A model generated the notes under the pieces. That model saw only the letters and a list, made by a program, of their open reading frames with translations. It did not search any database and was not told where the DNA came from. From Escherichia coli (GTDB lineage Bacteria > Pseudomonadota > Gammaproteobacteria > Enterobacterales > Enterobacteriaceae): DNA of 64,000 bases. The position numbers and the translations under genes are program-made. Below, piece by piece: positions 54,849 through 64,000 of the stretch. The stretch is taken from NCBI RefSeq assembly GCF_044324785.1, contig NZ_CP172127.1. The stretch is one strand, 5' to 3'. Position 1 is the stretch's first letter. The number at the start of each line of letters is the position of its first letter.

Positions 54849-55810
54849 GAACTCCCTGGGCATAAATGCACAACCAACTCTATAGAACTCTTTACCCCCC
54901 CTCTTATCACCTCTGTCAGTAAATTTCGCCTGAATCCCCTTTTATCCATACATCAGAAAAAATGCAATAACGTTCATGGACTCTTTTCTCTGATTTACAT
55001 AAAAACACAGAAAATTACAATGTGATTAATATCGCGTTTTTTTAAAAAATTATATTGACATCATGTTATTTCCTGTAGTTTGCAATAAAAAATTTTCTTA
55101 AAATATTTATATGAATATTTTTGATGCCTCAACATGCTGTCGTTATATAGAGTGTCTTCTCATCATTTATGGTTATTTCTCTCAATGCGCATACGCTCTG
55201 TCAGGGCATGTCTGTAGCTGCCATGATGGGGAATGAGAACTCAGCAAAAGGATTTTGGATGCAGTGAAGTTCTCCCGGAGACGGTTCTTCTGAGGTGGGG
55301 GTGGCATCATATCCTCTTACATAAGATGATGGCGTGCGCGGGAAAGCTTTCTTCTGTACTCAGGTTGTTGTTGGTTATCCCCGGTCGTCATTGTTTTCCT
55401 GACATTAAGATCCTGATTCCAGGATCTATAGCACAGTCGTTTCCTTGTGTGCTGTTATGCTTCTGCTCAGTTCAGAACAATTGCTTCATCCGGCATGGAG
55501 AATTCCGGTGAGTGAGGCAGTAAGAAATGACTGACATGAATGTTATATGTGAAGGGGCCGGAGAGACGTCATAATCAGTATGGCTGTCATTCTGGCTGGA
55601 AAATGCGATCACTTTCCGGGGTAAAAGACAACATGGAAGCTGACGAACGGGATGCTCCGGATGGTCTTTTCAGGGAGGCCTGGGTAAATAATTTCAGAGT
55701 AAATCTGTATGTTTTTTAAACAGTAAAGATCCATGCTGGCCGTGAAAAACTGAAATCAACACTCAGTCTGCATGGATGTCTGAAGATGTTGAGAATGTCG
55801 GGAATGGTAC

Positions 55811-55906
55811 TATACACGTATTTTACTAAGTATTTTTACTAAGCATTTCAGTAAGTGTTATACACGTATTTTCTACTAAGTGTTTTACCAGACATACACG
55901 TATTTT
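55811..55906. repeat. iteron-like direct repeats (T)ATACACGTATTTT x3 with associated ACTAAGT motifs
   Basis: Three copies spaced about 35-48 bp apart inside a 1.6-kb non-coding region. Confidence 0.45.
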
Positions 55907-56468
55907 CATAAACACTTCTACAAGTGTTTTCGTTAAGCATTGCTATACACATCCAGTTTAGTAAATCTTTACGTTAACTAAATCAGTTTAATGCTGCTGT
56001 AAAACCTTTCTGTTTAAGCAATCAATCTGCTATTCGATTTTACTGATGTTACGTTTAACCTTTCCTTAGATTTCGAGTTTCGACGTTAGCTTGAGAAAAG
56101 TATCTTTACGTAAAGCCCAGTGAATTAACTCAAATCCGATTGAGGTAACCTGATGCGATTTACTGTGAGTTTGCGATAACACTGTTAAATGGCTTATGGA
56201 TGATTTTGTAACGGCGAGATTGATAAGGTGATTAACTGGCCCTGGTGTTTTTTCTCAGCGTAAGGTGATTATCTTCATCATAAGGCTCTTTTCAGAAAAA
56301 GTGTGATGATTGGTTGTGGTGTTTTGATTCAGATGAGGATCTGCCAATGATTATGATGTATTGTAAGAAATAACGCCTTCAGAATGTTGGAGCATGCACT
56401 TACACAAACTGTTTTTCTAAAATTAAGGGAACAGTTTAAAGAGTATAAACTGTTCATCTTCTTCAGGA

Positions 56469-56999
56469 TTAAGCTACATTGTTGTTATGACTGACAGGAT
56501 TGTTTTCTTCCCCTGACTCTGGGCTTAACAGTCCCTGGCGTTGTAGATATTCACTGACTGACATTCCAGAACTACGGATCCTGTCAGAGATTTTACGAAA
56601 TTGATCCTTCCATTCTGCAGGTAATTTCTTAATTTGTCTGACTTTACAGGCTACACTGTACGGGGTTCGCCCTAGTTTCTCTGCCAGCCAGAAAAGGTGT
56701 TTACCAATTTCATCGTCCGGTACATCCTCCAGAACATCTCGCAATAAACTCTCGTCTGCCTCATTCCATGCCACACCAGCATTTGGGAAACGAGGATCGA
56801 TCTCTCTTTCCTTCTTCTCCTTCTTACTTTGCTCTTTTCGGGATGATACAGATACGACAGAACGTTCTTTTACCGCTGTAATTGCCATAACTGCATTGAG
56901 CAGAGATCTGCGCTCCACATCGTTCAGCATTTTTCCTTCACAGATCAAATCATTCAGGATGTCAATGACTAGATTCAGACTTTCTTCTGTTAGCTTCAT
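56469..56999 (-). CDS. hypothetical protein (orphan)
   Basis: 176 aa; charged central linker; no recognisable motif. Confidence 0.5.
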   Translation of the reverse strand: MKLTEESLNLVIDILNDLICEGKMLNDVERRSLLNAVMAITAVKERSVVSVSSRKEQSKKEKKEREIDPRFPNAGVAWNEADESLLRDVLEDVPDDEIGKHLFWLAEKLGRTPYSVACKVRQIKKLPAEWKDQFRKISDRIRSSGMSVSEYLQRQGLLSPESGEENNPVSHNNNVA

Positions 57000-57668
57000 A
57001 TTTCAGACCTTGAAGTATGTAGATAATCAGCACAATTACTAATGTGATAAATATCAGAAGATAATTTACAGGTAAACCGGAAAATACATCTGAAGAATAA
57101 AGGCCTCAGCTTAACGTTTCAGCCAGTTTGTGAGCTGATTGAGGTACGGCGATGACATTAACGGGAATTACTCCCCTATAGCTCTGAGCTTATTTTTCAC
57201 CCTGGCAACATATGGTGGCTACTGCGCATGGTTTTGGAGTAGATATCTTACTACTCGTAGAATTGTGCTTACTGGTCAGGCCAGCGCACAGGCATTCCGT
57301 GCAATCAATAGAACACTGGTTTTTTAGTCTTCCGTTACCCATCAGGATGTTAGTGCAGATTCCGGTGTATTCGATCAGTTGTTCGGCGAATCAGCGATCG
57401 ATCACGATGCGATTTCGTATGTTAGGGATGCTGGTATGATTACTCGCTGAAAAATAATGTGAAAAGGCAGTTTTTCTTTAGACATTTAGCTCATTCATGC
57501 TGTTGTTTTACGTTTTGCTGTCGTGTGCAGGATTATCTTTTCGTTACGGGACGATTCATTCCGTTTTAATCAGGAGCTATTGGCGTTGCTCATTGGTGGG
57601 ATGCCGTAAAGTTTTACCGCGGCGATTAATGATGTGAAGTCAATCCAAATCAACGGAGATCTCTCATC

Positions 57669-58400
57669 ATGAATCAACCAATACACAATGATTACTGGTT
57701 ATCCCGTTTTGAAAGTATTCTCAACAGTGCCCTGGTGCAACACCGTGCCGTCTCGTTAATCCGGGTGGATTTACGTTTCCCTGAGCATATGCCTGTCACC
57801 ATCATGGATCCCGATCCGGATTCAGCGGTGATTTCTCGTTTTTTCGAATCCCTGAAAGCCAAAATTCAGGCTTACCAGCGGAAAAAACGACGTACCAACA
57901 AGCGTGTGCGTGCAACCACCCTGCATTATTTCTGGTGTCGGGAGTTTGGCAAGGAAAAAGGCAGGAAACATTATCACGTGATATTACTGCTCAACAAAGA
58001 TACCTGGTGCTCGCCAGGGGATTTCACCGTTCCTTCTTCGCTGGCGACGCTGATCCAACTGGCATGGTGTAGCGCTCTGCATCTTGAGCCCTGGCAGGGT
58101 AATGGACTGGTTCATTTTTCCAGGCGGACGCCTTTCCGTAAACCGGCATCATCTGATGCTCGCCCTTCTTCCGATGATACGCCTTTGTCGGGTGGATGTT
58201 CTGAAACCAGGAAGGCTTCAGACAAAAAGCCGGGTGAAGCCGCTGTTCTCTGGATCAAGCGTGGTGATGTGGAAGCGATGCAGAAAGCCATGGAGAGAGC
58301 CCGTTATCTCGTGAAGTATGAGACGAAGCAGCATGACGGTTCTGGTCAACGTAATTATGGTTGCAGCCGTGGAGCGGGGCGTCTACTGGATGGCAGGTGA
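57669..58400 (+). CDS. YagK-like inovirus Gp2-type protein (HUH replication-initiator-like)
   Basis: 243 aa; HUH motif HYHVILLL; SD GGAGA. Confidence 0.65.
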   Translation: MNQPIHNDYWLSRFESILNSALVQHRAVSLIRVDLRFPEHMPVTIMDPDPDSAVISRFFESLKAKIQAYQRKKRRTNKRVRATTLHYFWCREFGKEKGRKHYHVILLLNKDTWCSPGDFTVPSSLATLIQLAWCSALHLEPWQGNGLVHFSRRTPFRKPASSDARPSSDDTPLSGGCSETRKASDKKPGEAAVLWIKRGDVEAMQKAMERARYLVKYETKQHDGSGQRNYGCSRGAGRLLDGR

Positions 58401-58726
58401 ACCCTGTAAAAAGGCATCCGGTGCCAGAGTATATGTCACAGTAAGGGCGTGGTTGACGCCCTTAGCTCGTTTTCTGAAAAAGTCGTCCTGAAGTCATGCA
58501 ATGTTTCCTGGTTTTCATGCATCCATCATTTGTCGCTGCGATGCCAGACTTCTGGATGCACACATGTTGTTTTACTTTTGTCAGCATCATAAATGCGCCG
58601 GGACTGGTGAATGGAGATAAGCCATTTTATTATCGACGTCAGCGAACATACTCACCATGCCGGTATGTTCCTGAACTGAACAATAAGTTTTGCGCTGATT
58701 ACAGTATGTGAAGGAGGTCCGTTACA

Positions 58727-60331
58727 ATGAATTCCGCTTATATGCAATCCTTGCAGACATCCCACCACTTCCCAGCTGATTTAACCTACAGATTATTTCC
58801 TAGTGAGCTTGCATATCTCATTGACGACTTATATGAAAGTACCCAACTTCCGCTGGAGCTCATTTTTAATACTGTACTGGCAACGCTCTCACTCTCCTGT
58901 CAGTCACTGGTTGACGTTGTTCATCCTCACACCAACATGCCGGAACCCTGCTCACTTTATCTGTTGGCAATCGCAGAGCCAGGCGCGGGAAAAACAACGA
59001 TAAACAGACTGGTGATGAACCCCTGTTACGAATTTGCCGATCGACTCATTCAACAATACGAAGAGAGAAACAAAGATTATAAGACTGAACTACAGATCTG
59101 GAATACCCGGCAGAAAGCGCTTGCTGCCAATTTAAGAAAGGCTGTTAACCGGGGGTATCCGGGGGAACAGGAAGAAGAGGCGCTGCGTAATCACGAAAGA
59201 AATAAACCGACACGTCCGGTTCGACCGAATTTTATCTATGAAGATGTTTCGCTTAAAGCGCTTGTGGAAGGGCTCAATGAACATCCTGAGGCAGGGGTTA
59301 TTTCTGACGAGGCGGTCACTTTTTTCAGAAGCTATCTGAAAAATTATCCGGGCCTGTTGAATAAAGCATGGAGTGGACAACCGTTTGATTTTGGACGGGC
59401 TGACGAGAAATACCATATCACGCCACGTCTGACATTTTCGTTAATGTCCCAGCCGGATGTCTTTACGAATTATATAAATAAAAATGACGTACTGGCGTGG
59501 GGAAGCGGATTTCTTTCCCGGTTTCTGTTCAGTCAGACCGGAAGTCCTTCCCGGGTACGGGATTATACGAGAGGCGAGTTCAGAACAAAACCAACCCTGG
59601 AGAAGTTTCATAAAAAGATTAACGGATTTCTGTTAAGCCATAACATTAATTCCCCCGGTATGAGCACCGAAAGGAAAACATTAAAACTTGCAAAGAAAGC
59701 GTTGGGGGAGTGGCAGGAAAACCAGATTAAGATTGAAAGAAAAGCGCTTGCAGGAGGGGAGTGGGAACACATCAGAGATATTGTTCTGAAAGCAGGTTCT
59801 AATATACTGAGGATAGCTGGAATATTCACCTGCTATTGCTATAAAGATGCTGAGGAAATTGAATCAATTGCGCTTTTTAAAGCTATGCATCTCATGGACT
59901 GGTATCTGGAGGAGGCGAGCACAATATTTTATCCCATGTCTGCACGATGCCAGTTTGAACAGGATGCCTGTGAACTGTATGCATGGATTATGACCCGAAT
60001 AAGGCAGAATAATTGGCGTGCTATCAGGAAAACAGACATTGAAAGATATGGTCCCAATCGTCTGAGAAGAGCAGAAAAACTTACACCTGTACTCAATCAG
60101 TTAATCGCTCAAAATTATTTCCGTATCATCAAGATGCGATCGCATCAGGCACTTTATGTTTCTGCTCTTGATAATAATGGTTACATCCTTCCTTTCGGCG
60201 CAATGTCTTACGAACCGTTTGATATTGTTCCACCCCAGTATAACCATAATGCGAAAACATATTCCGTTGTTATTCCACCGGCATTAATTCAGTCATTTAC
60301 ACCTGATTCCTCAGCTTACACCTTATTTTAA
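58727..60331 (+). CDS. YfjI-like island protein with Walker A-like P-loop
   Basis: 534 aa; AEPGAGKTT motif; strong SD GAAGGAGG. Confidence 0.6.
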   Translation: MNSAYMQSLQTSHHFPADLTYRLFPSELAYLIDDLYESTQLPLELIFNTVLATLSLSCQSLVDVVHPHTNMPEPCSLYLLAIAEPGAGKTTINRLVMNPCYEFADRLIQQYEERNKDYKTELQIWNTRQKALAANLRKAVNRGYPGEQEEEALRNHERNKPTRPVRPNFIYEDVSLKALVEGLNEHPEAGVISDEAVTFFRSYLKNYPGLLNKAWSGQPFDFGRADEKYHITPRLTFSLMSQPDVFTNYINKNDVLAWGSGFLSRFLFSQTGSPSRVRDYTRGEFRTKPTLEKFHKKINGFLLSHNINSPGMSTERKTLKLAKKALGEWQENQIKIERKALAGGEWEHIRDIVLKAGSNILRIAGIFTCYCYKDAEEIESIALFKAMHLMDWYLEEASTIFYPMSARCQFEQDACELYAWIMTRIRQNNWRAIRKTDIERYGPNRLRRAEKLTPVLNQLIAQNYFRIIKMRSHQALYVSALDNNGYILPFGAMSYEPFDIVPPQYNHNAKTYSVVIPPALIQSFTPDSSAYTLF

Positions 60332-60930
60332 AACAATTTTGTGAGTAGAAAACGAAAATCATAATCCTTCGAATGAAGGTTGATGATAAGGTGTGTTGCA
60401 TATCCTGCACCTGTGCAAATATTCACCAATTATTGGGTGTGAATGAAAATTTCTCTGAAAAAATCGCTATGGTAGCAACAGTAGCAGCACATACACTACA
60501 TCTGTGATTTGGTTTTGTTTTCATAATGACCTGCTGTCAGAGCTGATTGAATGCTGGGATGTGCGCACTGGTGGAAGAGTGGTTTTCGTTTCAGATATAA
60601 CGAAAGGCAATCGAAAGATTGTTTTAAACATGGATTAAAGCTAATCATTAACCATATTGTGTGAGTTTTTATATATAAGTTTGTTTGATTCTTGCCGTGA
60701 TGAGTGCTGGGGTATATGACGATGTCGCTCTCTTTCTGAATAACAAATTATTATTCGTCTGTTACTGATAAGGGATGCGATTCATGTTTTAATAGATGGT
60801 TGAAGAAAATTAATTTGATATTTTTTTTGTAAGGGAATGGAACTGTCCGGAATATGTTCAGAACGGCGGATTTCTCATTTCCATTCATTAAACATGGATA
60901 ATTTTAATTTAGGTTTATTACTATTATTAT

Positions 60931-61045
60931 ACTCACTCCCTTTTTGATATAATCTCTATTGTTATTTACTTCCTGTCTTTACTCACTCCCTTTTTCATAC
61001 AATCTCTATTGTTATTTACTTCCTGTCTTTACTCACTCTCTATCT
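60931..61045. repeat. 50-bp tandem direct repeat (about 2.3 units)
   Basis: ACTCACTCCCTTTTTGATATAATCTCTATTGTTATTTACTTCCTGTCTTT repeated immediately with two mismatches, then a partial third unit. Confidence 0.6.
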
Positions 61046-61920
61046 TTACGATTATATTCACTCTATCGTTACACATTCCATTAGTATTACTCTTGTTATC
61101 GTATTCATTCCATCCCTCAATCATATTTACTGTAACTCATATGATGTTCAGGTAAGTTATTCTCTACCATTCTACTGATGATATTCATCTGTTCTCATTT
61201 TCACTGAAACAGCAATTAATTTTAATCTTATCCATCATGAGCTGTATTTTCTTAACAATGGTTGTTTATCTGAAGTGTTTTAACTATTCTGATGAACATC
61301 AATTCTTTTGTCATTACTGATTAACCGAATGTTTACTTTTTGATAAGGTATCCATGATTCTGTAACGATTAACAGAGCTGGATAAACAATGGAATTGACA
61401 GGAGAGATTCCTGATTATGTTTGTTCTGGGTTGTATTATCTAAGATGCAGGATGAAAATCATGTCAGTGGTATTTTTTATTCTGCTATCGTGAGCCGTGA
61501 ATGTTCATGTCCTTAAGAACAGATTGAATGAGCGCATATAAGTTTATTGCATTGGCCTTGTACACAGTTTTTACAACCACTGAGAGCAAGTTTGTAGTTT
61601 ATGATGTGATTGGTCGCAATATGTTTCTTAACCTTCTGGACGTGGTGTTTTATCGCGTATTTACAGTATTTCGTGATGTTTTATTGAGTCTGTATTTTCT
61701 TTACTCCTCGTTTATCTCATCTCTTTAGCTAATACCATCAGATAATCCATTTCTTTCTGCATAATGCTGCGTATCGTTAATAACCCGTCGTATCCATTCT
61801 GCTACAGCATGCCTGATAAATACCATCTGTAAGTTATTACCGTTTTAGATCTGATTATGAGCGAAAGCATTAATTCGTTCACAGAGCTTAAAACATCATT
61901 AACTTTCAGGAGTCATCAAC

Positions 61921-62487
61921 ATGCCTAAATCTTACACACCAAACTGGTTTTTTACCGCTTTACTTGACAATCACATCAATCAAATGATGGCACGCTATTC
62001 CTGCCTGCGGGCCTTACGGATGGATTTCTTCTACAGGAAAGATACGCCTGATTTCTTACAACCTGATCATCGCTGGCTTGAATTGCAGTTGCGTATGCTG
62101 CTGGAGCAGGTGGAACAATTTGAAAATATCGTTGGTTTCTTCTGGGTGATTGAATGGACGGCTGATCATGGTTTTCATGCGCATGTGGTTTTCTGGATCG
62201 ATCGTCAGAGGGTTAAAAAAATATATCCCTTTGCGGAGCGGATAGCGGAATGCTGGCGGTCTATTACGCATAACAGCGGTTCGGCACACCGCTGTACATA
62301 TCAGCCGCATTATACATACAACATCAACATTCCTGTGCGCCACAACGATCCTGAAAGCATCGATAATATTCGCGGTGCCCTGCATTATCTGGCAAAAGAA
62401 GAGCAAAAAGACGGGCTGTGTGCCTACGGCTGCAATGAAGTTCCTGAACGTCCTGCTGCAGGGCGTCCTCGTAAGCCTCACTTCTGA
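61921..62487 (+). CDS. YfjJ-like inovirus Gp2-type protein (HUH replication-initiator-like)
   Basis: 188 aa; HUH motif FHAHVVFWI; SD AGGAG. Confidence 0.7.
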   Translation: MPKSYTPNWFFTALLDNHINQMMARYSCLRALRMDFFYRKDTPDFLQPDHRWLELQLRMLLEQVEQFENIVGFFWVIEWTADHGFHAHVVFWIDRQRVKKIYPFAERIAECWRSITHNSGSAHRCTYQPHYTYNINIPVRHNDPESIDNIRGALHYLAKEEQKDGLCAYGCNEVPERPAAGRPRKPHF

Positions 62488-62744
62488 AGCTTAAATCCTG
62501 AGCTTCCTGTCCTGGAAACACTCCGTCGGTAAAAACTTACCGCCTTGCTTAATGATGTGAACTGAAGTCAACGGAGATCATTCACTCTGAACCACATCCG
62601 GTGTTCTGTCCCTTGTCGGTGACCTGATCTTCCCGTTCTGCCCCGGTTCTTCACTTATTCCATCAACCCCATCCGCAAACCATAACACGTCAGCTTATTC
62701 ACGGGCAGGACGCATTGTGGGCTGCGCATAACGGAGCATATCTT

Positions 62745-63305
62745 ATGAATGCTATCCCTTATTTCGACTATAGCCTGGCCCCCTTCTGGCCATCTTATCA
62801 GAACAAAGTCATCGGCGTCCTTGAGCGTGCGCTGCGTGAGCAGTCCGGCTCACGGATACGGCGGATCCTGCTTCGTCTGCCGTGTGAATATGACAATACC
62901 TTCAACAGCAGAACGACCTGGTTTGGTATGGATTTTATCGAAACCGTCAGTGCGCTGATGAATGCAACACCCGGACGTGACCTTTGCTGGCTCCTGACCC
63001 GTCATCCTGAAAAACCGGAATACCATGTGGTGCTGTGCGTCAGACAGGAGTATTTCGACGGCCCCGAACTGGATCGGTTGATTCTGGATGCCTGGAGTAA
63101 CGTGCTGGGTTTCGCGTCACCAGGTGAAGCAAAGCCGTACCAGAAGCAGATCACCCGGGATGTGGTACTGGATCGCCGGTCACCGGACTGCGAAGCCCTG
63201 TTTAAGGACCTTATCTGGGCGTTCAGTGATTTCGCCCGCGATCGCCGTGGAGTGCGCGATCCGGAAGCCCGTTGCCTCGCCGGTAATCCCGGTTGGCAGT
63301 GCTGA
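62745..63305 (+). CDS. YagK/YfjJ-related protein with partial HUH motif
   Basis: Track ORF starts at TTG 62715; ATG at 62745 after ACGGAG; motif PEYHVVLCV has one His only. Confidence 0.5.
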   Translation: MNAIPYFDYSLAPFWPSYQNKVIGVLERALREQSGSRIRRILLRLPCEYDNTFNSRTTWFGMDFIETVSALMNATPGRDLCWLLTRHPEKPEYHVVLCVRQEYFDGPELDRLILDAWSNVLGFASPGEAKPYQKQITRDVVLDRRSPDCEALFKDLIWAFSDFARDRRGVRDPEARCLAGNPGWQC

Positions 63306-63373
63306 AAGCAGCATTCCATCCCATACCTCGTATTACCCCATTCTTCATCAATCTCACAGAGGATATTCTGACC

Positions 63374-63607
63374 ATGTTGACCACAATAAGCCACGACAGC
63401 GTGTTGCTGCGTGCCGACGATCCCCTGATCGACATGAACTACATCACCAGTTTCACCGGCATGACCGATAAATGGTTTTACAGGCTGATCAGTGAAGGTC
63501 ATTTCCCTAAACCCATCAAACTGGGGCGCAGCAGCCGCTGGTACAAAAGTGAAGTGGAGCAGTGGATGCAGCAGCGAATTGAGGAATCACGAGGAGCAGC
63601 AGCATGA
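63374..63607 (+). CDS. alpA: AlpA-family transcriptional regulator, second copy
   Basis: ITSFTGMTDKWFYRLISEGHFPKPIKLGRSSRWYKSEVEQW; track ORF trimmed to MLTTISH after GAGGA. Confidence 0.8.
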   Translation: MLTTISHDSVLLRADDPLIDMNYITSFTGMTDKWFYRLISEGHFPKPIKLGRSSRWYKSEVEQWMQQRIEESRGAAA

Positions 63608-63696
63608 AACGTGTTGTAATGCCAGTACGCTGGCAATGTGCGAAATGCCGGCGCTGGTATTGTGGAAATCAGCCCTGTCCCTGGTGCTGGCGCTGA
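63604..63696 (+). CDS. candidate 30-aa Cys-rich small ORF translationally coupled to alpA
   Basis: ATGA overlap with alpA stop; MKRVVMPVRWQCAKCRRWYCGNQPCPWCWR has two CxxC pairs. Confidence 0.3.
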   Translation: MKRVVMPVRWQCAKCRRWYCGNQPCPWCWR

Positions 63697-64000
63697 CAAC
63701 TCCCGCTCATCTTTCTGCTGGCACCCTCTGGCCAGCCAACTGTTTGTCATCATTTCCTGACTGATTCGTCATTCCCTTCGTCCCGCCAGTCACTGGTGTT
63801 TGTATCGTACCGTGCCGGTGTCGATGTGCGCTTTCCGTGTGTCTGGTCTGCACCGGCTTAACAAAATTCAACGGGGATAAAATAGTGCAAATAACCGAAG
63901 CCTTACTTTCAGCGCCGGGGGAAATCCGGCGTTTTGTTCAGCAGGCGGTGGACCACTGGCCAAATCTGTTGGCATTTCACTTCACGCTCCATTCGGCAGA

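Noticed and set aside
60931-61045. Possible CRISPR array (also considered for 55811-55906)
   Set aside because: Repeats are directly adjacent or irregularly spaced, with no uniform spacers, too few units and no cas genes nearby.

Overview
Enterobacterial (E. coli-type) accessory region, read from the sequence and the ORF track alone (no database search was possible). The window holds the 3' part of a group 2 capsule (kps) locus: low-GC serotype-specific region 2 genes (247-4885, +) and the conserved region 1 operon kpsFEDUCS (4935-12855, -). It is followed by a tandem array of genomic islands built on tRNA-Phe 3'-end repeats. Island A (about 14.06-44.13 kb) carries a CP4-44/CP4-57-like module (CbtA/CbeA toxin-antitoxin, YeeT-like, RadC-like, antirestriction, DUF932-like, DUF905-like), antigen 43 with its three-GATC phase switch, a YeeP-like GTPase, a LysR/hydrolase/MFS cassette, AlpA, HUH (inovirus Gp2 / YagK-YfjJ-type) proteins, orphan cargo genes, an IS graveyard (IS21-like fragment, ISL3-like transposase, intact IS2, degraded IS3-family copies) and a P4-type integrase beside a 19-bp tRNA-Phe 3'-end repeat. 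Island B (about 44.35 kb to beyond the window) starts with ParDE, a second roughly 90%-identical copy of the CbtA/CbeA-RadC-antirestriction module, a YfjR-like regulator, a second GTPase, orphan genes, iteron-like and 50-bp tandem repeats, three more HUH/Gp2-like genes, a YfjI-like P-loop protein and a second AlpA. No rRNA, intact tRNA or CRISPR array was seen. The best candidates for an undescribed system are uncharacterised cargo genes embedded between replication-initiator-like genes: a translationally coupled pair of paralogous zinc-ribbon proteins (33763-34574), an RHH-fusion protein upstream of alpA (30589-31380), an orphan 233-aa protein (35958-36659) and a convergent overlapping pair (53035-54848). 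Coordinates taken from the ORF track are exact; coordinates of repeats, hairpins and motifs were read by eye and may be off by 1-2 nt.
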